Shown here: positions 18,532-27,686 of the stretch, piece after piece
Numbering within the stretch: position 1 is the first letter of the stretch
Layout: each line of letters opens with the position of its first letter
Source of the DNA: an uncultured Chloroflexia bacterium
GTDB lineage: Bacteria; Chloroflexota; Limnocylindria; Limnocylindrales; CSP1-4
Length of the DNA stretch: 64,000 nucleotides
NCBI GenBank assembly: GCA_963752475.1
Contig: CAVVYR010000006.1
Location: 64,001 to 128,000, forward strand
Direction of reading: 5' to 3'
The notes under the pieces: model-generated
The model's database searches: none
Seen by the model: only the letters and a program-made list of their open reading frames with translations
Told to the model about the DNA's origin: nothing
Position numbers and translations under genes: made by a program

Positions 18532-18764
18532 GGCCTCGCTCGAGGCACTTTCTATCTGGTCGTCCGCTTGGGGCCCGTCAGACGACACGCCGCTGCGTCT
18601 CGACCAGGATCCAGTCAGCTCTGGGCATGATCCGCGCGCCACCCAGCCAAGAACGAACGGCGCCGGCAAGATTCTCGTCTAGCGGACCCACAGCGGACAC
18701 CTGAGTAGAACCTCGGGCACAGGCCTTGGGGAGGGGCGCTGTGCTACTTTCTACGCACTCCCGG

Positions 18765-18840
18765 GCGGGAGTAACTCAGTTGGTAGAGTGTCTGCTTCCC
18801 AAGCAGAATGTCGCGGGTTCGAGTCCCGTCTCCCGCTCCA
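18765..18840 (+). tRNA. tRNA-Gly(CCC)
   Basis: GCGGGAG/CTCCCGC acceptor stem, anticodon arm TCTGC-TTCCCAA-GCAGA, GGTTCGAGTCCC T-arm, encoded CCA; 76 nt. Confidence 0.97.
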
Positions 18841-19221
18841 CTTCCCCTTCCGAACTCGGGACGACACTCTGCTTGGTCGCCGAAACCCCGTCTCACATCG
18901 CCGCGTTCGATTCGCCGTGGACCTCGGGCAGACGGACCTCGAAGATGAGAAGAAGTGCAGCGGGTGGGCTCGCGCGAGGCGCTGCGGATGGTCCTGGAGC
19001 GCTTCGGGATCGTCCGCTTCCACGGCATCATCGGCGTACTTCTCGCCTGCATCCTAGCGAGGTCCATGCTGGAGACGCGTGGCCTCGCGGGGGCGTGGTT
19101 CATCCACTTGGTGCAGGACGAGCTGGTGTTCGGGTTCATGGCGATCGGCGCGATCACACCGGGGGAGGCTGAGCGGCAAGGCTCGCCTCGCCGCTGACGT
19201 GCGCTCGGGCGGCCGCCCGAG

Positions 19222-20073
19222 CTACTGCGGGCGGAGCGTGCCGGACCAGACCTGCCAGGCCAGGAGCGACTTCGCGACCAGGCTCAGCACCATGTACGTC
19301 TTCTCGCCGACCAGGTAATCCTTCCAGCGGCCGACCTTCCGGTACTGCAGGACCATGGTGATGGCGAAGATGTTGAAGGCGACGAACAGGCTGGCGATGA
19401 TCACGTACACGAAGCCCGGGATCTGGGCCTCTGGCGGCAGGCCTTCCTGGGCCGAGTAGGCCCACACGATCGAGAAGATCGCGATCCAAGGGACGATGCC
19501 GGCGATGCAGCCGAAGATGTAGTGCTTCCAGTCGACACGCTCGCCCTTCGTCAGCCGTCCCTCGTTGCCCGCCTCCATGCTCCATCCGAAGAGGTTCATC
19601 GCGACGTTGCAGCCGGCGATCGCGACGAGCGCCGGGAACTCGGTGATGAAGCTGAGGTACGCGATGGCGACGATCATGACCGTCGACGAGAACGCGTACT
19701 CCACCCACCGAAGCGGGTTCATGCCCCGGGCGAGCCAGGCCTCGTAGCGGCTGCGCAGGAAGAAGCCGGCGGATGCGTGGGCGATGGCGCTCATCAGGAA
19801 GAAGCTGGCGATCAGGTAGACCAGCGGGAACGAGACGAGCATCACGCTCGACGGCTCGATCCCGGTGAACTCGCCGTTCTCGATGATGGGGCGGGCCGTC
19901 GGCACGACGACCTCGAAGAGCACGGCAGTTCCGGAGATCAGGAGCATGAGGACGAACTGGCCCCCATGGGCAAAGACCAGGAAGCGGTTCCAGCGGTTCA
20001 GCGAGCGGGCTCGCTCAGGCGCGATGGCCGGAGGGGCCGTCGCGCTGATCGCAGTCGCAGCAGGGTTGGTCAT
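19222..20073 (-). CDS. heR: Heliorhodopsin
   Basis: TM1 His (VFAHG), TM2 His (SAIAH), NPLRWVEYAFSS, MNLFGW.ME, EKTYMVLSLVAKSLLAWQ with Schiff-base Lys; GGAGG RBS before ATG at 20073. Confidence 0.95.
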   Translation of the reverse strand: MTNPAATAISATAPPAIAPERARSLNRWNRFLVFAHGGQFVLMLLISGTAVLFEVVVPTARPIIENGEFTGIEPSSVMLVSFPLVYLIASFFLMSAIAHASAGFFLRSRYEAWLARGMNPLRWVEYAFSSTVMIVAIAYLSFITEFPALVAIAGCNVAMNLFGWSMEAGNEGRLTKGERVDWKHYIFGCIAGIVPWIAIFSIVWAYSAQEGLPPEAQIPGFVYVIIASLFVAFNIFAITMVLQYRKVGRWKDYLVGEKTYMVLSLVAKSLLAWQVWSGTLRPQ

Positions 20074-20516
20074 GAACGTGCCCTCCGAGATACGCGGTTC
20101 CATCCTGGTGTTCCTGCTCGGGAACGGTCGGCCGCGGGCCTTCGTCGCAGCGAGAAACGCCGGGACGCCAAAGACGGACTGAGGGGGAGTTCACGAACGG
20201 GTCAGCGCCTTGAGTTGGAGTGTAGCATCGGGTCCCTGGGCCTCCGCGAGCCGTGCCGGCGTTTCGTTGAGCGAGACTGCCCGCCACGGGTCCCCGATGG
20301 GCCGCGTGTACGCGGCAGCGAGGACAGGGATCTGGCGCCCTCCGTCGCCCTTGAGCGTCAGCGACTCGCCGTCGACGGTGTCCCGAGAGAGCCTGGTCAG
20401 GCAGGACTCATCCACGGCGCGCCGATCGCATCGTTGGCAGCCGGGGTGGTGCTCGTGCTGGGTCGCCTCGGACACGCCGTCAGCCTTGGCCGTCCGCGGA
20501 CTACGATGGTCGTGCG

Positions 20517-20669
20517 ATGAGGACCACCTTGATCACCGGGGACGGGCGCGGCTTGGGCCGGGCCACCGCGGACAAGCTCGCCGCCGCCGGCTACTCAGGG
20601 CCGGCCCATCGCACTGCCCCACCCCGGAGCCCATGCCTGACGTGTGCCAGACCGGTAGCCGCATCGTGA
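20517..20669 (+). pseudogene. N-terminal fragment of a short-chain dehydrogenase (SDR)
   Basis: MRTTLITGDGRGLGRATADKLAAAGY (TGxxxGxG) followed by unrelated sequence and a stop after 50 aa; TGA overlaps the next GTG. Confidence 0.65.
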
Positions 20670-21169
20670 CCGGCCAGACCGGCGGGTCTTCTGCCCGGTT
20701 CCCGACCGTCAGCGCCCGGACACTCCTGGGCGTGGAGCTGGCGCTGCCGCACGGATTTCCCGCCGAACGGACGCTGGCCGTCGTGGCGTTCCGGCAATGG
20801 CACCAGGCCCGGGTCGACCGCTGGATCGCCCGCGCCGTGGCGGATGGTGTGCCGCCGACACCGCGGGGTCTCACCGGCGTGCTGCCCGCAGCCGTCGTGG
20901 AACTTCCCGTCCTCGCTACCAGGTGGCGACCCGTCCGGCGCTTCATCGATGGTGGCATGACAGCCGGCATCGGTGACCCGGACGTCCTCGCCCGCACCAT
21001 CACGATCTACACGGACGTGGGCGGCTTCCAGCGGTCCCTTGCGATCCAGGGTGGCGAGGAGGTCCACGCGCTGGTCGTGACCCGCGACGGCGCCATCCTC
21101 GCCCGCGGCGCCGGCGATCCGCAGGACCGCGAATGGGACGACATCCTGGCCGCGCTGCGGGGGGCGTGA
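20666..21169 (+). CDS. Hypothetical thioredoxin-fold protein (ATP10-like)
   Basis: FPTVSARTL.G..LALP..F...TLAVVAFRQWHQ..VD.W...FIDGGM..GI...TIT.YTD. Confidence 0.65.
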   Translation: MTGQTGGSSARFPTVSARTLLGVELALPHGFPAERTLAVVAFRQWHQARVDRWIARAVADGVPPTPRGLTGVLPAAVVELPVLATRWRPVRRFIDGGMTAGIGDPDVLARTITIYTDVGGFQRSLAIQGGEEVHALVVTRDGAILARGAGDPQDREWDDILAALRGA

Positions 21170-21365
21170 GCCGCCGGGCCACGCGAGGCGGCCGCCCAGG
21201 GCACGGGAGCGATGCTGCTGCCACTGTCGCTGCTCTCAAGGGGAGCCGCGACGACGTCTGGGCGCTGGGCGTTTCGATGCAGGAAGCGAGCTGGCGCGAC
21301 TCTCTACCTGAGCCGCTTTCGCTCGCCCATCCACGCTCGTGCCACTACGCTCACGAGCGCGACAA

Positions 21366-21411
21366 TTCCCAAGCAGAATGCCGCGGGTTCGAGTCCCGTC
21401 TCCCGCTCCAC
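21366..21411 (+). repeat. Duplicated tRNA-Gly 3' half (attR-like)
   Basis: TTCCCAAGCAGAATGCCGCGGGTTCGAGTCCCGTCTCCCGCTCCAC; no 5' half upstream. Confidence 0.92.
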
Positions 21412-21543
21412 GTCCCCAGTCTGAGCTGTTGCTCAAGGTTGGCGAGTCACGAGACGCACACCCGCGACCCTCGAGTGGACGATCACCCACGCTTGCTCCT
21501 CGATCAGTTCGGGCCCGACGCTCGAGTGGCATATGCTCATCCG

Positions 21544-22062
21544 ATGCGCGACGTGATCGACGCCTTGGAGCGCCTCGCCATGGCCTGGTATCTCACCGGA
21601 TCGGAGGCGCTTGCGGCATATGGCTCGCCACGTCAGACCCTCGACACCGATGTCCTCGTCGACACCACGGAGTCCGGGTTGCGCAAGCTCGCCGCGGCGC
21701 TGGGCCGCGATTACTACTTCGCTGAGCCATTGCGGGTCGGGCCGCGGTTGATGGCCTCGGTGGTCGAGCGCTCGGGTGCCGGCAAGGTCGACTTCATCGT
21801 CCGCGACTCGGACTCGTGGGGTCGCGAAGCCATGGCTCGTCGTCGACGATGGGACCATCCCGTCTGGGGTGCAGGCTGGGTATCAAGCCTCGAGGATCTC
21901 GTGCTTGCCAAGCTCGAGTGGTCGGAGGGCACGTCAGAACTGCAGTTGCGCGACTGCGGCATGCTGCTGCGCATGAACTCGGATGCGGTTGACCGTGAGT
22001 ATCTAGCCCGCTGGGCCCGTGTCCTGGGCGTTCACGACCTCCTCCGTGAGGACCTGCCGTGA
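21544..22062 (+). CDS. Nucleotidyltransferase-fold protein (putative TA component)
   Basis: YLTGSEA..AYG.PRQT.DTD (GS plus DxD), KVDF, EDLVLAKLEW, QLRD. Confidence 0.8.
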   Translation: MRDVIDALERLAMAWYLTGSEALAAYGSPRQTLDTDVLVDTTESGLRKLAAALGRDYYFAEPLRVGPRLMASVVERSGAGKVDFIVRDSDSWGREAMARRRRWDHPVWGAGWVSSLEDLVLAKLEWSEGTSELQLRDCGMLLRMNSDAVDREYLARWARVLGVHDLLREDLP

Positions 22063-22352
22063 GCCCCATGATGCGGCCTGCCCCGGGAGCGGACGTGCTC
22101 GAAGACATCCTGCGGGAGGTCGGACCTGATGAGCGCGCGCGCACCGGCGCCGACCTGCGTCGGCGTGGATTCCTGCTCGTCTGGGACCAGGTCGATCGTG
22201 CGCCCGCGATGACTCCCGTGGAAGAGGCGATGTTCGTGCTCGGTCGGCTCTATCCGGAGATGCCAGACGTGCATCGAGAATCAATCCGTCGCCAGCTGCA
22301 AGCCGACTATGACGGCGGGACGTGGCGAGGCTTCGAACGACCGGAAGGCTGA
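22059..22352 (+). CDS. Small helical partner protein of the nucleotidyltransferase
   Basis: GTGA overlap with the upstream gene; ends LGRLYPE... Confidence 0.6.
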   Translation: MSPMMRPAPGADVLEDILREVGPDERARTGADLRRRGFLLVWDQVDRAPAMTPVEEAMFVLGRLYPEMPDVHRESIRRQLQADYDGGTWRGFERPEG

Positions 22353-22468
22353 CGTAGGATCACGGCCCGACAGGCGCCTGTGGGGCGATAGGTCGACCCC
22401 GCGCCAGCCACGACCGGCCCCTGCGAGGACCGCGGCACGGACCCCGCGCGGACCGCGCCAGCCGCAGA

Positions 22469-23644
22469 CTACGGCGGTGTGATCCACGTGAAGTGGGACC
22501 AGAGCGCCAGGCACTGGAGCGCCGCGAACGCGAGCAGCACTACCGCCCGACCGATCCGTGATCGCCGGTTGGCGAGGACCCAGGCGAAGGGCCAGGCCAC
22601 GGCCAGGTACCGTGGTGCCGACGTCAGCGTCGCGGCGAGCACCAGGCTCACGACGGCCAGGATGGCCACGAGCCAGTAGGCCGGACGGATCCGGTCTGGT
22701 CGGAAGTAGACGAATAGGAACAGGTGGAAGGCCACGAGGCCGACCCAGATCGGGCCCAGCGTGGACCCCGCCGAGGCCCGGGCCGGTTCGGCCAGCCATT
22801 CGGTCACGGCTTCTGACTGCGCATCGACCGCAGTCGCCAGGTACTCCGGCGTGTCCCAATACCCCTGCGCCGTGAACGGCGCCAACGGATCGCCCGTGAG
22901 CCACCACAGGTATGCAAAGAACCCACCAAGTGCCAGCGGTGCGAGCGCCAGGGGCATCCATGCCCTCGTAGGTCGGAGTCCCTCGCGCTGGACATACAGC
23001 ACCACCAGCGGCAGCACCAGCAGGATGCCCGGAGCACGCGTCAGTGCCGCCAGGGCCACGGCGATGCCCGCCATCCACGGATGCCGTGTCTCGGCGGCCA
23101 GGAACGCTCCGACCGCGAAGAGCAGGAACAGCGACTCCGAGTACGACATCGAGAAGGCGGCGGCGCCCGGCGCCAAGGCCAGGAACCACAGGCTCAGCAG
23201 TGCCCGCTCCGGCGTCAGGAACCTGACCGACAGGGCATACAGCGCGACCAGCGCCAGTGCGAAGGCGACGTTGGCCACGAGGAGCCCGGCGATCGGAACA
23301 TCCCCAGCCAGGGCCAGCGAAGTGACCTTGGTGACCGCCGGGTATAGCGGGTAGAAGGCGTAGTCGACGTACAGCCGGCCGTGGATCGAGGTCGAAGGTT
23401 CGGCGTGATACCCGTCCTCGGCGATGCCGAGGTGCCAGCTCCCGTCCCACGTGGTCAGGCTGGTGATGATCGGGCGTTCATCGAAGGCGACGCCTTCGGG
23501 CGGATCGGGCTGGGTGAGCTCCACCGAGACGGCGACGGCCAGTACCAGCAGCCGCGTGACGATGAAGAGGACCGCGATCCGCGGGAGCGCCCAGCGCCAA
23601 TCGATGCCCGATGGGCGCGGTGGTTCGACGACAGAGGAGCTCAC
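22469..23644 (-). CDS. GT-C mannosyltransferase (PIG-V-like)
   Basis: WDGSWHLGIAEDGY, AFYPLYP, YSESLFL, LTRAPG, PRY; multi-pass membrane protein. Confidence 0.88.
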   Translation of the reverse strand: MSSSVVEPPRPSGIDWRWALPRIAVLFIVTRLLVLAVAVSVELTQPDPPEGVAFDERPIITSLTTWDGSWHLGIAEDGYHAEPSTSIHGRLYVDYAFYPLYPAVTKVTSLALAGDVPIAGLLVANVAFALALVALYALSVRFLTPERALLSLWFLALAPGAAAFSMSYSESLFLLFAVGAFLAAETRHPWMAGIAVALAALTRAPGILLVLPLVVLYVQREGLRPTRAWMPLALAPLALGGFFAYLWWLTGDPLAPFTAQGYWDTPEYLATAVDAQSEAVTEWLAEPARASAGSTLGPIWVGLVAFHLFLFVYFRPDRIRPAYWLVAILAVVSLVLAATLTSAPRYLAVAWPFAWVLANRRSRIGRAVVLLAFAALQCLALWSHFTWITPP

Positions 23645-23876
23645 GTGCGCCGAGTGTAGGCGGCGTGGCATCCGTCGCCAATGACCGAAGGTCAGGCCCG
23701 AGCCTCCGATTCCGGCCTAGGCGGGGCAAGCGTCGCCCCCGGTGTCTACGCGCCCATCGGATCCGGCAGGCCGCGCTCTGCCAGTAGGGGTGCCGCGGAG
23801 GCGCTCGACCGCGCCGACCTGACTCCCGACGATGTTCGGCCGTGGCTGGCGACCCGGAGGTCACGGTAGCCGGCGG

Positions 23877-24080
23877 TCAGCCCTTCCGGTCGCCCCGCGC
23901 CTGCTGCTCGAGGCCTGCGCCGACGGCCGCGCCGATGGCGACACCGATCCCGACTCCGAGCGCGATGTTGTCAAGGGCCACGCCGAGCGCCGCGCCGATG
24001 CCCGCACCGAGCGCGATGCCCACACCGATGCGGGTGCCCTCTGGCATGGCGTCCTTGCCTCGCTTCTCCCCGTCAGGCAT
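23877..24080 (-). CDS. Small glycine-zipper membrane protein
   Basis: GVGIALGAGIGAALGVALDNIALGVGIGVAIGAAVG. Confidence 0.75.
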   Translation of the reverse strand: MPDGEKRGKDAMPEGTRIGVGIALGAGIGAALGVALDNIALGVGIGVAIGAAVGAGLEQQARGDRKG

Positions 24081-24083
24081 CGG

Positions 24084-24893
24084 CTACTCCTCCGGAAGGA
24101 AGTCCCCACAGAAGCCGTTGCTGAACCGTTCGGCTGCCAAGAAGGCCTGCAGGCCCAGCCACTCCACGCCGGTCGCGACGAAGACGGCGATGCCGACCGT
24201 CGTACCCAGACTGACCGAGCTGCCGCGGCAGACGGCCTCGCGGTTCTCTGCTGCCCACTCCTGCGCCGCCACCACGGTGGCCTGGGCGTCGGTGACGGCT
24301 CCTTCGAGCCTCATGACCGCCTCGTCGACGGCCTCCTCGAGATCGGCCTCCTCGATGGCGGCCTGTGCTTCGGCCAACGCCTCGTCCACGGCGGCCCCGA
24401 AGTCGACCTCCTCGACGGCCGTGAGCGCCTCGGCAGCAGCCTCCTCGATGGCACCCTGGATGTCGACGTCACTCGGCAGCTCGAACTCATCGATCGCGGT
24501 CTGCGCGTCGGCGATGGCCTGGTCGACAGCCTCCTGGGCGTCGGCCAAGGCGGCATCGACGTCGAATTCCTGCGCGCTCGCGAGGGCGTCATCGAACGCC
24601 TCCTGCAGGTCCACCTCGCGGAGGTCTTCGAGCGTGTCGTCGACGGCGGAGGCGAGCTGGTCGAGCAGCGTCTGCTCTTCCTCGGGCTGGTCTGTGGTCA
24701 TGTCGACGAGCGCGGACTCGACCGACGAGATGCAGGTCTCGAGCTCCGTCGGATCGTCCGAGGTGGCAGCACAGAGGTCGCTGACGAGCCCGAGGCCGAT
24801 GGCTTCTGGAAGCGGCGACTCGGCCTGGGCAGCCACGGAAGCCGGCGTGACCGCGATGAGGAGACCGAGCAGGAGGGAGAGTCGTGTCTTCAT
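24084..24893 (-). CDS. Secreted acidic Ala/Glu/Asp-rich helical-repeat protein
   Basis: Signal peptide; repeated D-L/F-x2-A-x-D/E-x-ALA-x-AQ units; Cys pairs at both ends. Confidence 0.75.
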   Translation of the reverse strand: MKTRLSLLLGLLIAVTPASVAAQAESPLPEAIGLGLVSDLCAATSDDPTELETCISSVESALVDMTTDQPEEEQTLLDQLASAVDDTLEDLREVDLQEAFDDALASAQEFDVDAALADAQEAVDQAIADAQTAIDEFELPSDVDIQGAIEEAAAEALTAVEEVDFGAAVDEALAEAQAAIEEADLEEAVDEAVMRLEGAVTDAQATVVAAQEWAAENREAVCRGSSVSLGTTVGIAVFVATGVEWLGLQAFLAAERFSNGFCGDFLPEE

Positions 24894-25083
24894 GGTGCGG
24901 TCAAGGTACGCCCTTCGGCCAAAGTCGGCTACAGCGCGTCCGATGCAGTGCCGCGCATGTGCGACCTGGGCGCTGCCCTCGGGGGCTCGGGGATACTAGC
25001 CCCAGCGGTCCGGCGTGGCTTCGAGCCGTCTTCGGGGATCCGATGTCGCGCTGCCGCCCCCAGGCGCTCGCTGCCGTCCCCAA

Positions 25084-25376
25084 GGGGTCCGATGTCGCCG
25101 GACTCGACGCTAGTCCGACAGTGGCCCTGACGCTCTTGGACAGTCGTCGTCGTGGCCGACGCTAGCTCAGGATCCGCCCGAACACGGTAGCCAGGTGTCG
25201 CCTGAGTCGACGCAGTCACCGCTCCAGGCGGGCTCCATCGGCATGGAGCCCGTCCAGCGTCGGCCCGACCGACAGATGTCCACATGGCGGTCTCGAAGAC
25301 GCCGCTCATCGGGTGCTTGGAGCCGTAGCGATGACTACGACTAGGACTACCGTCGATATGGGCGACGTATGGCCAT
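25084..25376. repeat. Cluster B of the GTCG-N7-CGAC motif (three +, two -) around a central hairpin
   Basis: Cores at 25094, 25146, 25197 (+) and 25259, 25352 (-); hairpin CGGGCTCCAT-cggc-ATGGAGCCCG at 25229-25252. Confidence 0.75.
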
Positions 25377-25891
25377 GAGCTGCAGCCGCCAGCACCCACG
25401 TCGGCGGCACGCATGACTCCACCGGCCGTGAGCATCAGATCCGCCGCCACCGCCGCACCGCCCCGTCGCCCGCCCCGACGCACCGCCATGCCGCTGGCCT
25501 CGTCGGAGTGGTGCGCGTGAGCACCGGTCGTGACCTCCGGCCCCCGATTGTGGGTGCCATCCGGCACCACCGAGAGCGCTCCCACCAACCAGAGACTGGT
25601 CTCACTTCGCTGCCGAGGCGGAGCACCTGCTGATTGTGCCTGCGCAGGTCAACGCGAATACGCCTGACCTTGGGAGGGGAACCTTGGCACACATGCATCT
25701 GTCGTTCAGCCGCCAGCGCGTGCCGATGTTGGACGCATCGACACTCGAAGACCGCACGCGTCCGGCACTCGGCAGCACGGCCGGTGCCCGACTCCGCCTC
25801 TTTTCGTGGCCGCACTGGCGCTTCGAGGATGAGCCGACCCCGTCCCACCAGAGGATGCTCACCGCGGCCAAGCTCGGCCGCCGCTAGTCAC

Positions 25892-25954
25892 CCAGGAGCT
25901 CACGTCCCTCCGGTTCGCCAGGAGCTCACGTCGCCAGGAGCTCACGTCGCCAGG
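25892..25954. repeat. Short direct repeats CCAGGAGCTCACGTC x3
   Basis: Copies at 25892, 25918, 25934 plus a partial copy at 25950. Confidence 0.8.
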
Positions 25955-25979
25955 GTCAGCTCAGGCGCTCTCCGGGTCG

Positions 25980-27527
25980 CTAGGAACCCACGCTCGCCAG
26001 ATCGGGCACCTTCCGATCGAGGGTCAGTCGCAGCGCCCGCTGGACCGACTGGTATTTCCTCTTGCCAGCCTTGTTCTCGAGCATGCAGGGGTCGCCCGGC
26101 TTCTTGCGCCGCCAGGCGTGGCACTCTCCGCCGCTGAGGTCGTAGAGCTCGGTCTCGCCCGTCTCGTAGCGCGTGTACATCCAGCGACAGGCATCCTTCT
26201 TCTTGCCCTTGCAGACCTTCGAGGCCAACGGTGATGCCCCCGTCGTGGTGAGGCTCCAGTACCGCGGCACCCGGCGCTCCTCATCGAGGTAGCTGCCCAG
26301 CACGGTCTTGCGCCAGAGCGTCTGGCGCTCTCCGGTGATCAACTTCAGCAGCGACACGCCGTCGGCCTTGGGCTGGCCGGTGGGGTAGGGGCCCAGCCGA
26401 CAGCCGGCGATCTCGCACAGCGTCGGCGCGAGGTCGATGTTCTGCACTCGCTCACCGACGGACTTGGGCACCGTGCCCAGGACCCGCGGCCAACGGATCA
26501 TCAAGGGGATCTCCGTGCCGTAAGGGGCCTTCTTGTCGTGCAGGAAGCGCTGTGACCCAAAGGCCATGCCGTTGTCCGAGGTGAGCACGAACATCGTGTT
26601 CGCCAACCGCCCCTTCTTCCGTAGCTTCTTGGCGATGTCGCCGACCATCTCGTCGACCGAGAGCATGCCCCGGCAGACCCTGGAGAGGTCGTAGCCCTTC
26701 CGCTCCACGATGCGCCGCGCGCCCACGTACTTCGGCTTGTCGCGCACGTCGCGCTCCATGTAGCCCGGCGGGCGCCAGCGCGCGATGCCGTTGCACTTCT
26801 TCGAACGCTGGTGCCGGGGTGCCACGGTCCAGGGCTTGTGCGCGGTGTAGGGCGCGAGCCACATGAACATCGGCTGCGCCTTGGGGGCCCGGTCGAGCTG
26901 TCGCTTGGCGATGCGAGCGATGACGTCGGTCGAGTAGTGCCGCCTACCCTGCCCATGCCAGCGGGCCACGCCGTTGCTCCACATGTCGTAGTCGTAGTAG
27001 GCCCCGCGGAACCCGTGCATCTCGTCCCAGCCCGGGGGCGTCTTGTCCTCGAGCCGGTCGAAGAGGTTCATGTACTTGCCCACCAGGACCGTGTGGTACC
27101 CGCTGTCCTGGAGCTCGGTGGCCACGGTCATCCCGGGCTTGAAGTCCGACGTGGCGTCGGTCGTGATGGCGCCGTGGTGATGGGCGTGCAGCCCGGTCAG
27201 CAGGCTGGCCCGACCGGGCGTGCAAGCGGGCATCTCCGAGTGAGCGTCGGTGAAGCGCAGACCCTGACGCACGAACAGCTTCTGGATGTTGGGCAGCTTC
27301 TTCCACATCCGGCCGTCGAGCGGCGGGACGTCGTCGAGCACGAGCACCACGATGTCTGGGCGAGGGGAGCGCGGATCGGCCGATGGCGGCGCCGGCGGAT
27401 CGCCCTGCAAGACGGGATACGACTGGCCAGCAGCCACGCCCGCGAAGGTCACCGCACCCAGCGCGGCCACTGCCGTGGCCTTGAGCACGATCGACCGCAA
27501 CTTGCCCGGGACGCGCGACGACCTCAC
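25980..27527 (-). CDS. Secreted formylglycine-dependent (Cys-type) sulfatase
   Basis: Signal peptide; PDIVVLVLDD, CTPGRASLLTG (CxPxR), VGKYMN, TSDNG, NIDLAPT, ELYDL. Confidence 0.92.
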   Translation of the reverse strand: MRSSRVPGKLRSIVLKATAVAALGAVTFAGVAAGQSYPVLQGDPPAPPSADPRSPRPDIVVLVLDDVPPLDGRMWKKLPNIQKLFVRQGLRFTDAHSEMPACTPGRASLLTGLHAHHHGAITTDATSDFKPGMTVATELQDSGYHTVLVGKYMNLFDRLEDKTPPGWDEMHGFRGAYYDYDMWSNGVARWHGQGRRHYSTDVIARIAKRQLDRAPKAQPMFMWLAPYTAHKPWTVAPRHQRSKKCNGIARWRPPGYMERDVRDKPKYVGARRIVERKGYDLSRVCRGMLSVDEMVGDIAKKLRKKGRLANTMFVLTSDNGMAFGSQRFLHDKKAPYGTEIPLMIRWPRVLGTVPKSVGERVQNIDLAPTLCEIAGCRLGPYPTGQPKADGVSLLKLITGERQTLWRKTVLGSYLDEERRVPRYWSLTTTGASPLASKVCKGKKKDACRWMYTRYETGETELYDLSGGECHAWRRKKPGDPCMLENKAGKRKYQSVQRALRLTLDRKVPDLASVGS

Positions 27528-27560
27528 GCTCCGAATGTAGCGGAGCGTCGAATGCTTGGC

Positions 27561-27637
27561 GCGGCCACCGCGCGGCTAGGGCGGCCACCGCGCGGCTGGG
27601 CGGCCACCGCGCGGCTAGGGCGGCCACCGCGCGGCTA
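27561..27637. repeat. Tandem repeat GCGGCCACCGCGCGGCT(A)GG x4 in a divergent promoter region
   Basis: Four 19-20-bp units, flanked on both sides by ATGCTTGGC. Confidence 0.9.
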
Positions 27638-27686
27638 TGCTTGGCCCCGAAGCGACCGAACCCAGAACCACGCCCGGAGCCCGCCC

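Larger units (their letters stand above)
18796..21411. mobile_element. tRNA-Gly-integrated mini-island with att-like direct repeats and no integrase
   Basis: 18796-18841 is repeated at 21366-21411 with one mismatch, starting in the anticodon loop. Confidence 0.8.

Noticed and set aside
18955-19197. 80-aa ORF inside the tRNA island
   Set aside because: No recognisable motif or clear translation signal; it may be a gene remnant but cannot be supported.
21366-21411. Second tRNA-Gly gene
   Set aside because: Only the 3' half is present; the acceptor 5' strand and D-arm are missing.
25084-25376. Motif clusters as degenerate CRISPR arrays or integron attC sites
   Set aside because: The repeats are highly degenerate and switch strand within a cluster; no cas gene or integron integrase is present, and no gene cassettes lie between copies.
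25636-25887. Small ORF upstream of the 15-bp repeats
   Set aside because: Plausible but unsupported by any motif or clear RBS.
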